A stretch of 64,000 nt of DNA, taken from Acidobacteriota bacterium. GTDB lineage: Bacteria > Acidobacteriota > Vicinamibacteria > Vicinamibacterales > 2-12-FULL-66-21. The translations under genes were made by a program, and so were the position numbers. The notes under the pieces are model-generated. The model was not told where the DNA came from, did no database searches, and was given only the letters and a program-made list of their open reading frames with translations. The stretch is taken from the NCBI GenBank assembly GCA_046735335.1, contig JBKPTE010000004.1:6406-70405 (forward strand), read 5' to 3'. Below, one piece after another: positions 50,172 to 60,406 of this stretch; position 1 is the stretch's first letter; each line of letters starts with the position of its first letter.

Positions 50172-51044
50172 ATGCCCATGCTTCAGCCGCCGGCCGCGCT
50201 CGCGCCTGAACAGGACGCGGGACCCCGCAGCATTGCGCCCGCAGTCGTCTTCGACAAGGTGTCGTTCGCCTTCGACGATCACGTCGTCCTGTCGGATGTC
50301 AGCTTTGCGATTCCTGATGGCAGCATGAAGGTCCTCCTCGGCGCCAGCGGCGCAGGGAAGTCGATCGTTCTCAAGCTGATTCTCGGGCTGCTGCGGCCGG
50401 ACAACGGAGCGATTTGGGTGAAAGGGCAGAGAATCGACACGCTGCCCGAGCGCGATCTCATTCGGGCGAGAGCCGACATCGGAATGCTGTTCCAGGGGAG
50501 CGCGTTGTTCGACTCGCTCACGGTCGCGGAGAACGTCGGCTACAGACTGTACGAGGAAACGAGGATGCCGGCGGACCAGGTGCGCCGACGCGTCGAAGAG
50601 GTGCTGGCGTTCGTCGGGCTGAGCGAGCACATCGACCGAATGCCCGCTGAGCTGTCCGGAGGCCAACGGCGGCGGGTCGCGATTGCGCGCGCGATGATCG
50701 GCAGACCCAGCCTGCTGCTGTTCGACGACCCGACCACCGGACTCGATCCGATTATCGCGACCACCGTGAACAACGAAATCGTCAAGCTGCGCGACCTGGA
50801 ACACGCCACGTCGATCGTCGTCACTCACCAGATCCGCGACGCCTACTACGTGGCCACGCACGAGGCCGTGCGGCACAACGGCACCGTGATCATTCGTCCG
50901 ATTGGCGAGGAACGCGCACGGCAGGTGGGCTTCATGGTCCTGCACGACGCGCGCATCTACTTCGAAGGAACAGCGGGAGAACTTCTTGCGTCCAGCGACA
51001 GCTACTTGCGCCGTTTCCTCTTCAGGACGCTGCCGCCCTGGTAG
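50172..51044 (+). CDS. ABC transporter ATP-binding protein (MlaF-like), with no permease gene adjacent
   Basis: Walker A GASGAGKS, signature LSGGQRRR and Walker B LLLFDDPTTGLD are present. The 3' end overlaps the convergent PFOR gene by 23 nt. Confidence 0.85.
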   Translation: MPMLQPPAALAPEQDAGPRSIAPAVVFDKVSFAFDDHVVLSDVSFAIPDGSMKVLLGASGAGKSIVLKLILGLLRPDNGAIWVKGQRIDTLPERDLIRARADIGMLFQGSALFDSLTVAENVGYRLYEETRMPADQVRRRVEEVLAFVGLSEHIDRMPAELSGGQRRRVAIARAMIGRPSLLLFDDPTTGLDPIIATTVNNEIVKLRDLEHATSIVVTHQIRDAYYVATHEAVRHNGTVIIRPIGEERARQVGFMVLHDARIYFEGTAGELLASSDSYLRRFLFRTLPPW

Positions 51045-54000
51045 GGGCCAGGAGATTCTCTCCCTGACGCGTAACGGGCGAGCCGCTCGCACAGCCCCCG
51101 GTCCGACCTTCGCCGCGCGAAGGTCCCGGCCAACGTTCACTCATGTTCTTGTAGAGGGACCATCGCTGATGAATGTCCTGCTGCGCGAGCGCGAGCAGCC
51201 GCCGCGCGTCTTCGGGCCTGGTCTGCGCGAGCATCCTGTAACGGGTCTCGTTGTAGGCGTAAGCCTCCAGCGGAATGCTCGGCGCCTGCGAATCCAGGAC
51301 GAACTCGGGAAGCTGCCGACCCGCTGCGGCGGGTCTGTACCGGTAGAGCGGCCAGTGCCCGCAATCGGCCGCGAGCTTCTGCTGGCGCATGCCCAGACGC
51401 ATGTCGATCCCGTGGGCGATGCAATGGCCGTAGGCGATGATCAGTGAAGGTCCGTCGTACGCCTCGGCCTCGACGAACGCATCCAGTGTCTGCTGGGCCG
51501 ACGCGCCCATCGCGATCTGGGCCACGTATACGTTCCCGTACGCGATGGCCATCAAACCCAGATCCTTCTTGCGGCTCTGCTTGCCGGCAGCCGCAAACTT
51601 CGCGACGCCCGCGCGCGGCGTGGCTTTCGACGCCTGGCCCCCGGTGTTCGAGTAGACCTCGGTGTCGAGCACCAGGATGTTGACGTTCCGTCCGGAGGCG
51701 ATCACGTGGTCGAGGCCGCCGTACCCGATGTCGTACGCCCAGCCGTCGCCGCCAACAATCCAGACGCTCTTGCGTACGAAGTGCGACGCAAGCGTGCGGA
51801 GCCGGCGGGCGCGGGGATCGTCGATTCCGTCGAGGGCGCGTTCGAGTGCCGTCACCCGCGTGCGTTGCGCATCCACCTCGTCGCTCGTCGCCTGCGATGC
51901 GTCAATGATCTCCGCGGCGAGGCCTGGCTCGAGATCGGGCGCAAGATCGCGAAGGAGCCGGTCGGCCTCTTCGCGATGGGCGTCCAGCGAGAGTCGGTAA
52001 CCCAGACCGAACTCTGCATTGTCCTCGAACAGAGAATTGGCCCATGCGGGTCCGCGCCCCTCCGCATTGATCGACCACGGCGTCGTCGGCAGGTTGCCGC
52101 CATAGATCGAGGAACAGCCGGTCGCATTCGCGACCAGCAGGCGGTCGCCGAAGAGTTGCGTGAGGAGGCGCAGGTACGGCGTCTCGCCGCAGCCGGCACA
52201 CGCTCCCGAGTACTCGAACAGCGGCGTGAGGTATTGAACTCCCCGCACGAGCGTTGCGTCGACGCGACCCGGCGCGCTGGCCGGCAGCGTCTCGAAAAAG
52301 GCAAGATTGCGGCGCTCGCGCTCCAGCAATGGCGACTTCGCTTCCATCTCGATTGCGCGGGCGGCTTCCGGTTCGCCGCTCCGGACCGGGCATACCTCCA
52401 CACAGAGCTCGCAGCCGGTGCAGTCTTCGACGGCGACCTGCAACGTGAACCGGCGATTGGGAAATCCTCGACCAACCAACGGCGCCGATGCGAACCCGTG
52501 GGGTGAGCGGGCCAGGAACGAGTCCTCGTACTGGCGAGCACGAATCGCCGCGTGCGGACACACCATCACGCAGTTGCCACACTGGATGCAGATCTCGGGT
52601 CTCCACACCGGCACCGTATCCGAGATGTTCCGCTTCTCCCAGCGCGAAGTGCCGGATGGGTACGTTCCGTCTGCCGGCAGGGCACTGACGGGAAGATCGT
52701 CGCCGCGCCCGGCGGCCATCACCGCAGTGACCTCCTTGACGAACGCGGGTGCGTCTTCGGAGACCAGGGCGGCGGCTTCGCGCGTGCTGCTCACCGCTGC
52801 GCCGAGTTGAACGGCGTGCAGGTTCTCGAGCGCACGATCGATGGCGGCAAAGTTCTTGTCGACGAGGTCGCCGCCCTTCCGGCCGTACGTCGCGACGACC
52901 GCTTCCTTGATTCGCGTGATCGCGTCGGCCCGAGGCAGCACGCCCGAAATGGCAAAGAAGCAGGTCTGCATGACCGTGTTGATCCGCCCCGGCATGCCGG
53001 CCTCGAGCGCCACACGGTCGGCATCGATGGCATACAGGCGTATGTGCTTGCGGATCAGCGTGTCCTGAACGGAAGCGGGCAGCTCGTCCCAGATCTCGTC
53101 GGGCCCGAACACGGTGTTGAGCAGGAACACCGCGCCATCGACAGCCTCCCGCAGCATGTCGATCCGATCGACGAATTGAAACTGATGGCACGCGATGAAT
53201 TGCGCGCGCTGGACCAGGTATGTGGACCGAATCGGGCGCGGCCCGAAGCGCAAGTGCGACGTCGTTCGCGACCCGGATTTCTTGGAGTCGTAGACGAAGA
53301 AGCCCTGGGCGTACGCGGCCGTGTCCTCGCCGATGATCTTGATTGAGTTCTTGTTGGCTCCTACCGTCCCGTCCGACCCGAGGCCGTAGAAAATGCAGCC
53401 CACGACGTCCGGGCTCTCGATCACGAACTCCGGGTCGTACTCGAGGCTGGTGTGCGACAGATCATCACGGATGCCGACGGTGAAGTGGTTGGCCGGCGCT
53501 GGCGACGCCAGGTTGTCGAAGACGGCCTTGACCATGGCGGGCGTGAATTCCTTCGACCCGAGGCCGTATCGGCCGCCGACGATGCGGGGCAGCGCCGGGC
53601 GGCGGTTCGCGGCGACGGCCTCGGCGAAGGCTGCCACGACATCCAGGTACAGCGGCTCGCCGGACGCGCCCGGCTCCTTCGTTCGATCGAGCACCGCGAT
53701 CGTATTCGCCGTCGGCGGAATGGCGTCGACCAAATCAGCGGCCGAGAAAGGCCTGAACAGGTGCACCTGCACGAGACCGACCTTCTCGCCGCGCTCGTTC
53801 AGGTACGCGACGGTTTCGCGGGCGGTTTCGACGCCCGAGCCCATGAGCACGACCACGCGCTCCGCGTCAGGCGCGCCCGCGTAATCGAACAATTTGTACT
53901 GACGGCCGGTCAGCCCCGCGAAGCGGTCCATCGTCCGCTGCAGCTCCGCCGGCACCGCCGCATAGAACGTGTTCACCGTCTCGCGCGCCTGGAAGTACAC

Positions 54001-54672
54001 GTCCGGGTTCTGCGCCACGCCGCGGACGAACGGATGCTCCGGGTCCAGCGCGCGCCGGCGGTGCGCGAACACCAGCTCGTCATCGATCATCGCCTTCACC
54101 GCGTCGTCGGCGAGGATCTCTATCTTGCTGACTTCGTGAGACGTCCTGAACCCGTCGAAGAAGTGAACGAATGGAATGCGGGACGCGAGTGTCGCGCTGT
54201 GGGCGACGAGGGCCAGGTCGTGCGCCTCCTGCACCGAGCTCGAACAGAGCATGCCCCATCCGGTCATCCGCGCGGCCATCACGTCCGAGTGATCTCCGAA
54301 GATCGAAAGCGCCTGCGTAGCAAGGGCGCGCGCGGCCACATGGAAGACCGTCGGCGTGAGCTCCCCGGCGATCTTGAACATGTTCGGGATCATGAGGAGC
54401 AGGCCCTGCGATGCTGTGAACGTCGTCGTCAGCGCGCCGGTCTGCAGCGCGCCATGGATCGCGCCAGCGGCCCCTCCTTCGCTCTGCATCTCGACGACGT
54501 GCGGCACGCTGCCCCAGATGTTCTTGCGTCCTTCGGCCGCCCATTGGTCCGCCAGCTCGCCCATCGTGGAGGAGGGGGTGATCGGGTAGATCGCGCAGAT
54601 CTCATTCACGCGGTATGCGATCGAGGCTGCCGCCTCATTGCCGTCGAGCGTCTTGACGTGCGCGGGTGCCAT
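51022..54672 (-). CDS. nifJ: pyruvate:ferredoxin (flavodoxin) oxidoreductase, single-polypeptide type
   Basis: ORF 51022..55056 from ATG 54672 (1216 aa). It starts MAPAHVKTLDGNEAAASIAYRVNEICAIYPITPSS, carries ferredoxin motifs CIQCGNCVMVCP and CTGCELCVEVCP, and has the TPP motif GGDGWAYDIG. Confidence 0.9.
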   Translation of the reverse strand: MAPAHVKTLDGNEAAASIAYRVNEICAIYPITPSSTMGELADQWAAEGRKNIWGSVPHVVEMQSEGGAAGAIHGALQTGALTTTFTASQGLLLMIPNMFKIAGELTPTVFHVAARALATQALSIFGDHSDVMAARMTGWGMLCSSSVQEAHDLALVAHSATLASRIPFVHFFDGFRTSHEVSKIEILADDAVKAMIDDELVFAHRRRALDPEHPFVRGVAQNPDVYFQARETVNTFYAAVPAELQRTMDRFAGLTGRQYKLFDYAGAPDAERVVVLMGSGVETARETVAYLNERGEKVGLVQVHLFRPFSAADLVDAIPPTANTIAVLDRTKEPGASGEPLYLDVVAAFAEAVAANRRPALPRIVGGRYGLGSKEFTPAMVKAVFDNLASPAPANHFTVGIRDDLSHTSLEYDPEFVIESPDVVGCIFYGLGSDGTVGANKNSIKIIGEDTAAYAQGFFVYDSKKSGSRTTSHLRFGPRPIRSTYLVQRAQFIACHQFQFVDRIDMLREAVDGAVFLLNTVFGPDEIWDELPASVQDTLIRKHIRLYAIDADRVALEAGMPGRINTVMQTCFFAISGVLPRADAITRIKEAVVATYGRKGGDLVDKNFAAIDRALENLHAVQLGAAVSSTREAAALVSEDAPAFVKEVTAVMAAGRGDDLPVSALPADGTYPSGTSRWEKRNISDTVPVWRPEICIQCGNCVMVCPHAAIRARQYEDSFLARSPHGFASAPLVGRGFPNRRFTLQVAVEDCTGCELCVEVCPVRSGEPEAARAIEMEAKSPLLERERRNLAFFETLPASAPGRVDATLVRGVQYLTPLFEYSGACAGCGETPYLRLLTQLFGDRLLVANATGCSSIYGGNLPTTPWSINAEGRGPAWANSLFEDNAEFGLGYRLSLDAHREEADRLLRDLAPDLEPGLAAEIIDASQATSDEVDAQRTRVTALERALDGIDDPRARRLRTLASHFVRKSVWIVGGDGWAYDIGYGGLDHVIASGRNVNILVLDTEVYSNTGGQASKATPRAGVAKFAAAGKQSRKKDLGLMAIAYGNVYVAQIAMGASAQQTLDAFVEAEAYDGPSLIIAYGHCIAHGIDMRLGMRQQKLAADCGHWPLYRYRPAAAGRQLPEFVLDSQAPSIPLEAYAYNETRYRMLAQTRPEDARRLLALAQQDIHQRWSLYKNMSERWPGPSRGEGRTGGCASGSPVTRQGENLLAPTRAAAS

Positions 54673-54683
54673 GTGAGTGCCTG

Positions 54684-56270
54684 CTATGTCGCTGCGACGT
54701 CGACCGGTTCGGGCATCATCGCGATCGCACCGCACGGGCACTGGTCGAAGCAGATCGCGCAGCCCGTACACCTCGTCAAGTCGTACTCGTAGCGGAGACC
54801 GGGCCCGAGCTTCAGCACCGCGTGCTCGGGACACGCCGAGTAACAGCCGTCGCATTCGAAACAGTTTCCGCACGAGAGACAGCGCTGTGCTTCGAACCGC
54901 GCCGCCTCGGGATCGAGCCCATCGACCACTTCGTCGAACGTCCGCCGCCGTCGCGGCAGGTCGATGGTCCCTTGTGCGCGCCTCTTGGCGTCCGCCTGAT
55001 ACCAGAGGCGAAGCGTCTCGAAGGATGCGATCTCGTGCTTGCCGGCCCGTACCCATGCCCGATCGCGGAGGAACGCGTCGATGAATCGGGCGGCCTTCTT
55101 CCCGTGTCCGATCGCCGTCGTAACCGTGCGCTCGTACGGCACCATGTCGCCGCCCGCGAAGACCCCACGGCAGCCCGTCTGCATGTCGGGCCCCACGACC
55201 ACCGTCCCGTCCTTCTTGAATTGCAGTCCGGGGACCTGTCTCAGAAATGCGGTGTCCGTATCCTGCCCCAACGCGAGGATGAGAGAGTCGACCTCGAGCT
55301 CTTCGAATTCGCCGGTCGGCTGCGGATACCGGTTCTCGTCGAGCCGCATGATCTCGACGCGCACGCGCGAGCCGGTGATGTTCTTGATCGTGCGGAGCCA
55401 GTGAATCTTCACGCCTTCGTCGAGCGCGTCATCCGCTTCGAAGGCATGCGCCGGCATCTCGGCGCGGGTGCGCCGGTAGATGATGACGGGTTCGGCCCCG
55501 AGGCGTCGTGCCGTCCGCGCAGCATCCATCGCCGTGTTGCCGCCGCCATAGATGGCGACGCGCCGGCCGATTCGCGGCGATTCGGTTCCGCGCTCCACTT
55601 GTTCCAGGAACTGAAGTGCGTCGAAGATCTTCCCCGCATCCTGTGCGGGAATCTCCTGGCGCCTGCTGAGATGCGCGCCGACCGCCAGAAACACCGCGTC
55701 GAATCGGCCATCGGCCTTCTCTCGAGCGAGATCGGTCACCTTGTGATTCAGCTCGAACCGCACCCCCGTCGCCTTGATGCGGTCGATTTCGCGATCGAGC
55801 ACCTCTCGCGGAAGTCGATATTTCGGAATCCCGAAATGCATCATGCCGCCGGCTACGGGCCCGGCGTCGCGAACGACGACCTCGTGGCCGCGCAACGTGA
55901 GATGCCAGGCGGCCGAAAGACCGCTCGGGCCCGCGCCGACGACGAGAACCCGCCTGCCTGACGGAGGCGCGCTGCACTCAATCGTCCAGCCGTGCGCCAG
56001 GGCCAAATCGCCGAGGAAGCGTTCGACCGCATGGATTCCGACGGCATCGTCGACTTTGGTGCGATTGCAGGCGTCTTCGCACGGGTGATAACAGACGCGG
56101 CCGTGCACGGCTGGCAGAGGGTTGTCACGAACGATGACTTCCCACGCCTGGCGGTATCGTCCGCCCTGCGCTTCCGCCAGCCATGCCTGCACGTTTTCGC
56201 CCGCAGGGCAGGCGTCGTTGCACGGAGGCAGGCGATCGATGTACAGCGGGCGCAGCGTGCGGACTGGCAT
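54684..56270 (-). CDS. GltD-like NAD(P)H:FAD oxidoreductase with C-terminal 2x[4Fe-4S] ferredoxin domain
   Basis: It has an N-terminal Cys cluster (CNDACPAGE...CYHPCEDACNR), Rossmann motifs VVGAGPSGLSAA and IYGGGNTAMDAA, and the C-terminal motifs CLSCGNCFECDGCYSACP and CTGCAICFDQCPCGAI. It sits 11 nt upstream of PFOR. Confidence 0.85.
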   Translation of the reverse strand: MPVRTLRPLYIDRLPPCNDACPAGENVQAWLAEAQGGRYRQAWEVIVRDNPLPAVHGRVCYHPCEDACNRTKVDDAVGIHAVERFLGDLALAHGWTIECSAPPSGRRVLVVGAGPSGLSAAWHLTLRGHEVVVRDAGPVAGGMMHFGIPKYRLPREVLDREIDRIKATGVRFELNHKVTDLAREKADGRFDAVFLAVGAHLSRRQEIPAQDAGKIFDALQFLEQVERGTESPRIGRRVAIYGGGNTAMDAARTARRLGAEPVIIYRRTRAEMPAHAFEADDALDEGVKIHWLRTIKNITGSRVRVEIMRLDENRYPQPTGEFEELEVDSLILALGQDTDTAFLRQVPGLQFKKDGTVVVGPDMQTGCRGVFAGGDMVPYERTVTTAIGHGKKAARFIDAFLRDRAWVRAGKHEIASFETLRLWYQADAKRRAQGTIDLPRRRRTFDEVVDGLDPEAARFEAQRCLSCGNCFECDGCYSACPEHAVLKLGPGLRYEYDLTRCTGCAICFDQCPCGAIAMMPEPVDVAAT

Positions 56271-56299
56271 GCGAATGCTCGTTCGACCGGAGAAGGTGG

Positions 56300-56315
56300 A
56301 GCAACGAGCACGCCA
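56300..56315 (-). promoter_or_regulatory. sigma-54 promoter match TGGCGT-gctcg-TTGCt
   Basis: Read on the minus strand. GG-N10-GC spacing is exact. It lies 30 nt before ATG 56270. Confidence 0.55.
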
Positions 56316-56398
56316 GCACGGCAGCTTTCAAAGCGCGCCAGAAACACTCTGAACGTCAGGCGCGGCGCCGCCGTCAGCGGGTTATTTTGCGCGGTGAT

Positions 56399-56412
56399 GC
56401 GGAAAAATCCGC
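56399..56412. promoter_or_regulatory. palindrome GCGGA-AAAA-TCCGC about 90 bp upstream of the 56315 sigma-54 promoter (candidate UAS)
   Basis: Read directly. It shares the GCGGAAA half-site with 47114-47120. Confidence 0.35.
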
Positions 56413-56541
56413 TGCCCTCCACTACCGAGCGCAGACGGCCGACCGGCACTGCCGGGAATTCGCCGCTCGTCGACTGCGTGCGCCGCTCTCGAGTTGGTAT
56501 CGCCATTGCGCGCGCGTCCGTGTTCCTCGAAGGAGGCTGTG

Positions 56542-56758
56542 ATGTCCCGCATCCTCACGCTCCACGACTTCCTGCGCGACGCTCACGTTCCGTACGCAGT
56601 CGTGCCCCGCCGTCCGGCGTTCACAGCGCAGCAGGAAGCCGCCGCGACCCACATTCCGGCCCGCGGTGCCCGAACCCCCATCCCTTCTCCTCCTGGGCTC
56701 CGCGATCAGTTCCCTCGCGCTGGCGCGGCTTCGGCGCACGGGCGGCCGTGCGTCATGA
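56542..56758 (+). pseudogene. chimeric remnant: YbaK/aminoacyl-tRNA-editing-like N-terminus joined out of frame to a PEP-CTERM tail
   Basis: ATG 56542 follows AGGAGG and encodes MSRILTLHDFLRDAHVPYAVVPRRPAFTAQQEAAATHIPARG. From 56666 the +1 frame reads VPEPPSLLLLGSAISSLALARLRRTGGRAS-stop, a PEP-CTERM anchor. Confidence 0.5.
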
Positions 56759-57973
56759 GGCCTTCCTCTCGGTCGATGCACGACGGCGCGACTGGAGAGA
56801 GGAGTACAACGCGTTCCTCAGCGCGACATCCCGCGGATCGCCTGTGAGGCTCGTGCCCATCTGGCTCGTCACGTACGCGTAACCGAGTCTGGCGCTCGGA
56901 TCGGCGAAGCCGAGCGATCCGCCGGCTCCTGGCGATCCGAACGAGCTGGGGCTGCCGAACGGCCACGCTGTGCTCGGTTTCATGAACCCGAGCGAGAACT
57001 GCACGTCCCCGTGCAGGCATTCGTCGTAGAACCCGCGCGTCGGTGCGATGGCCGGCGCGGACAGCAGATCGAGCGTCTCCCGACGCAGCCTCAGCTCGCG
57101 GCCGCCGGTCGCAAACACGCTGTAGGCGTGCGCGATGGCTTCGGCCGTGCCGACGGCGCCGCCTGACGGCACTTCGAAGTTGCGCGCGTAGACACGCTCT
57201 GCGTCGTGCGGCAGCTCCGACCCGCGGAGCGAGCGGGCGATATTGGAGCGCTTGTTCATGATTTCCAAGGTGAAACGAAGGGGGAAGCCGAACAACATGT
57301 CGATCGGGCGCGGCCGGGCGATTGTCGCGAGGCGTGCGTCGGGGACGGTCTCCGGCAGTCTGATGTAGAGGTCGAGTCCGAGCGGCGTTGCGATCTCGTT
57401 CTGGAAGAATTGGCCGAGACTGCGATGCTGCGGATCGATGCGGCGCAGCAGCTCGCTCTCGTAATAGCCGAGCGTGATGCCGTGATACGCCTGCCGTGTT
57501 CCCGGTTCCCATGCCGGCTTCTGACGGGCCAGCACGACGGCCAGCCGATCCAGATCCGCGACGACACTCCGATCGACGGGCACGTCGAGCGCGAAGAGGC
57601 CAGCCTGATGCGCGAGCAGTTGCCGGACGGTGATGCGTTCTTTCCCCTGCTGCGCGAACTCCGGCCAATACGTGCAGACGGGCTCCTCGTAGTCGAGCCA
57701 CCCGCGAGAATGCGCGAGCGCGAGCGTCATCGCCGCGAGGCCCTTCGTCGCCGAGTGGACGATCACCATGGTGTCCTGTTCCCACGGATCGCCGGTCGCC
57801 TTGTTGCGCACACCGCCCCAGAGGTCGACGATCTTCTCGCCTTCGTGATAGGCACAGCAGGCGCCACCCAGCTCGGCGCGGCGGCGGAAGTTGTCGGCAA
57901 ACTCTTCACGAACGCGCTCGAATCCGGGACCGACGTGTCCCTCGAAGATGCAGCCCGATTTCAGCGTGCCCAT
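56753..57973 (-). CDS. serine hydrolase of the beta-lactamase/class-C esterase family
   Basis: ORF 56753..58480 from ATG 57973 behind GGAGG (406 aa). The SxxK motif (HSATKG) is present. Confidence 0.85.
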   Translation of the reverse strand: MGTLKSGCIFEGHVGPGFERVREEFADNFRRRAELGGACCAYHEGEKIVDLWGGVRNKATGDPWEQDTMVIVHSATKGLAAMTLALAHSRGWLDYEEPVCTYWPEFAQQGKERITVRQLLAHQAGLFALDVPVDRSVVADLDRLAVVLARQKPAWEPGTRQAYHGITLGYYESELLRRIDPQHRSLGQFFQNEIATPLGLDLYIRLPETVPDARLATIARPRPIDMLFGFPLRFTLEIMNKRSNIARSLRGSELPHDAERVYARNFEVPSGGAVGTAEAIAHAYSVFATGGRELRLRRETLDLLSAPAIAPTRGFYDECLHGDVQFSLGFMKPSTAWPFGSPSSFGSPGAGGSLGFADPSARLGYAYVTSQMGTSLTGDPRDVALRNALYSSLQSRRRASTERKAS

Positions 57974-58157
57974 GATGCCTCCTCGCGCACGCTCGTGCGA
58001 TGCGTTTTGTGTTGCCGTTCTCGTTGACGAAGCAGCAAACGCTGTTGCACGATACGGGCCGGTCACACCGCCATCGGATTTGTGCGATGCCGTTCGAAGT
58101 GATCTGGCGCTGCCGGGATTCCGCCGCGGCGCCGCCGTCTTCAGATTGCAGCGAACC

Positions 58158-59750
58158 ATGGCGCCATCCCTCGTGCTTCTCAACGGCCGGATCTGGACCG
58201 GCGACCCCGCCCGGCCCGAGGCGGAGGCACTCGCGATCGAAGGCAGCCGCATCGCCGCGGTCGGCTCGACGGCGAACCTCAAGGCGGGTGCGGGGAACGC
58301 CGCCGTCGTCGACCTCCGCGGCCAGTTCGTGACGCCAGGGTTCGTCGACGCGCACGTGCACTTCATCGACGGAGGTTTCCGGCTCACGTCAGTCCAGCTG
58401 CGCGACGCGAGGACGCCGGAGGAGTTCACGCGCCGCATCGAGGCGTTCGCGGCGACGGTGCCTCGCGGCACCTGGATCATCGGTGGAGATTGGGATCACA
58501 CCCTGTGGGGAGGCGAGTTGCCGCGGCGCGGCTGGATCGACGCGGCCACGCCCGATCATCCGGTGTGGGTCAGTCGGCTCGACGGCCACATGGCGCTCGC
58601 GAATGGCGCCGCGTTGAACGCCGCGGGGATCCGACAGGACGTCGAGGACGTTGCCGGCGGCGAGATCGTGCGCGACGCCAGCGGCGCGCTCACGGGCCTC
58701 CTGAAGGACAACGCGATGCCGCTCGTCGAGGGCAAGGCGCCTCCGCCGACCGACGAGATGAAGGATCGCGCGCTCGATGCGGCCATGCGTTACGTCAACG
58801 CGCAGGGGGTCACCACGGTCCACAACATGGGGACATGGGACGACCTCGCCGTCTTCGCGCGTGCCTGGCGCGCACATCGTCTGACGACGCGCGTATACGC
58901 CGTCGTGCCGCTGAATACGTGGGAGCAACTGTGGCGGACGGTCGAGGCACGAACGTACGGACCGGAGGGCCGCGGCGACGAATGGCTCCGGATTGGTGGA
59001 CTGAAAGGGTTCGTCGACGGTTCGCTCGGGTCACACACGGCGGCGTTCCACGATCCGTTCGCGGATGCCCCGAACGATCGCGGCCTGTTCGTGAACACAC
59101 CCGAGGATCTCTACGAGTGGATCTCGAACGCGGACGAGCATCATCTTCAGGTGATGGTGCACGCCATCGGAGATCGGGCGATCGGAACGCTGCTCGACAT
59201 CTACGAGCGCGTGGGTGCGGAAGAGGGGGCACGCGATCGCCGGTTCCGAGTCGAGCACGCGCAGCATCTCGCCCCCGCCGACATCCCGCGATTTCACAGG
59301 CTTGGCGTGATCGCCAGCATGCAGCCGTATCACGCCATCGACGACGGCCGGTGGGCGGAGCGGGCGATCGGCCCCGAGCGCATCAAGACGACGTACGCGT
59401 TTCGCGCGCTGCTCGACGCGGACGCGGCGCTCGCATTCGGGAGCGACTGGTTCGTGGCGCCGCCGACCCCCATCGAAGGAATCCATGCGGCGGTAACGCG
59501 CCGGACGCTCGACGGCAGGAACCCCGGAGGGTGGGTTCCGGCACAGAAGATCACGATCGACCAGGCTCTGCGCGCCTACACGCGCGGGGGCGCCTACGCT
59601 TCCTTCGACGAACACCAGAAGGGCACCATCACCCCAGGCATGATCGCAGACCTCGTCGTGATCGATCGCGACCTGCGCACGATCCCGCCGGAAGAAATTC
59701 GAGACGCAAAGGTCGTGCGGACGATCGTGGGCGGAAAGGTCGTCTACTGA
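58158..59750 (+). CDS. metal-dependent amidohydrolase (amidohydrolase-3 family)
   Basis: ORF 57891..59750 from ATG 58158. It shows LLNGRIWTGD...GFVDAHVHFIDGG (HxH metal motif). Confidence 0.85.
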   Translation: MAPSLVLLNGRIWTGDPARPEAEALAIEGSRIAAVGSTANLKAGAGNAAVVDLRGQFVTPGFVDAHVHFIDGGFRLTSVQLRDARTPEEFTRRIEAFAATVPRGTWIIGGDWDHTLWGGELPRRGWIDAATPDHPVWVSRLDGHMALANGAALNAAGIRQDVEDVAGGEIVRDASGALTGLLKDNAMPLVEGKAPPPTDEMKDRALDAAMRYVNAQGVTTVHNMGTWDDLAVFARAWRAHRLTTRVYAVVPLNTWEQLWRTVEARTYGPEGRGDEWLRIGGLKGFVDGSLGSHTAAFHDPFADAPNDRGLFVNTPEDLYEWISNADEHHLQVMVHAIGDRAIGTLLDIYERVGAEEGARDRRFRVEHAQHLAPADIPRFHRLGVIASMQPYHAIDDGRWAERAIGPERIKTTYAFRALLDADAALAFGSDWFVAPPTPIEGIHAAVTRRTLDGRNPGGWVPAQKITIDQALRAYTRGGAYASFDEHQKGTITPGMIADLVVIDRDLRTIPPEEIRDAKVVRTIVGGKVVY

Positions 59751-60406
59751 GCCGGCGAGGCGACAGTCTTGCCCTGGAGCGAGACCGTCAAGAGCGTGAG
59801 CGCCGCGAGGATCGGCGCTGCGATGGGACGGACGATGAACAATGCCGCGCCGCACAATCCGCCGGCAAGAAAGCCGATCACACGCGCTGCGAACCGCGCC
59901 GCCTGCCCCGGCCTGAACTCCCGCCGCCTCGATGGCATGACGGACCGGATCATTTCCGTTGCGAGGTCGGTCATGGGTCCCGTGAGATGCGTCGTGTGTG
60001 TGCCCCGCATGCCCGGGTGAGTGAGGGCGGCGTTCTGGAGTCCCATGGAGCCGGAAAGAAGGAGCAGCACGAAAAAGCGCCCATGGGCCGATGGGCTCCC
60101 GGCGACGATGGTCAGGAGCGCGAACGCCGCCAGCAGTGCGGATTCGATCCGCAAGGCCCGCGAGACCTGATCCACATCGTGCGCCGAATCGACGAGCGCC
60201 GCGCCGCAGAGCGCCCCTGCGAAGAACACGAGAATGACCAGGGCGCGGTCGAGAACCTGGTCGTACCGGTGCTGCAGAACGGCAATCGCGAGAAGTCCGG
60301 TGTTGCCCGTCATGTGCGTGATGAACACCTGCCCGAGCGTCAGGTAGCCAAACGTGTCGATTTCGCCGGCGACCCACGCGAGCGCGCCAATTCGCCAGGT
60401 ACTCAT
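59744..60406 (-). CDS. YoaK/DUF1275-family membrane protein
   Basis: ORF 59744..60472 from ATG 60406. It shows GEIDTFGYLTLGQVFITHMTGN and THLTG, typical of DUF1275. Confidence 0.8.
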   Translation of the reverse strand: MSTWRIGALAWVAGEIDTFGYLTLGQVFITHMTGNTGLLAIAVLQHRYDQVLDRALVILVFFAGALCGAALVDSAHDVDQVSRALRIESALLAAFALLTIVAGSPSAHGRFFVLLLLSGSMGLQNAALTHPGMRGTHTTHLTGPMTDLATEMIRSVMPSRRREFRPGQAARFAARVIGFLAGGLCGAALFIVRPIAAPILAALTLLTVSLQGKTVASPAQ

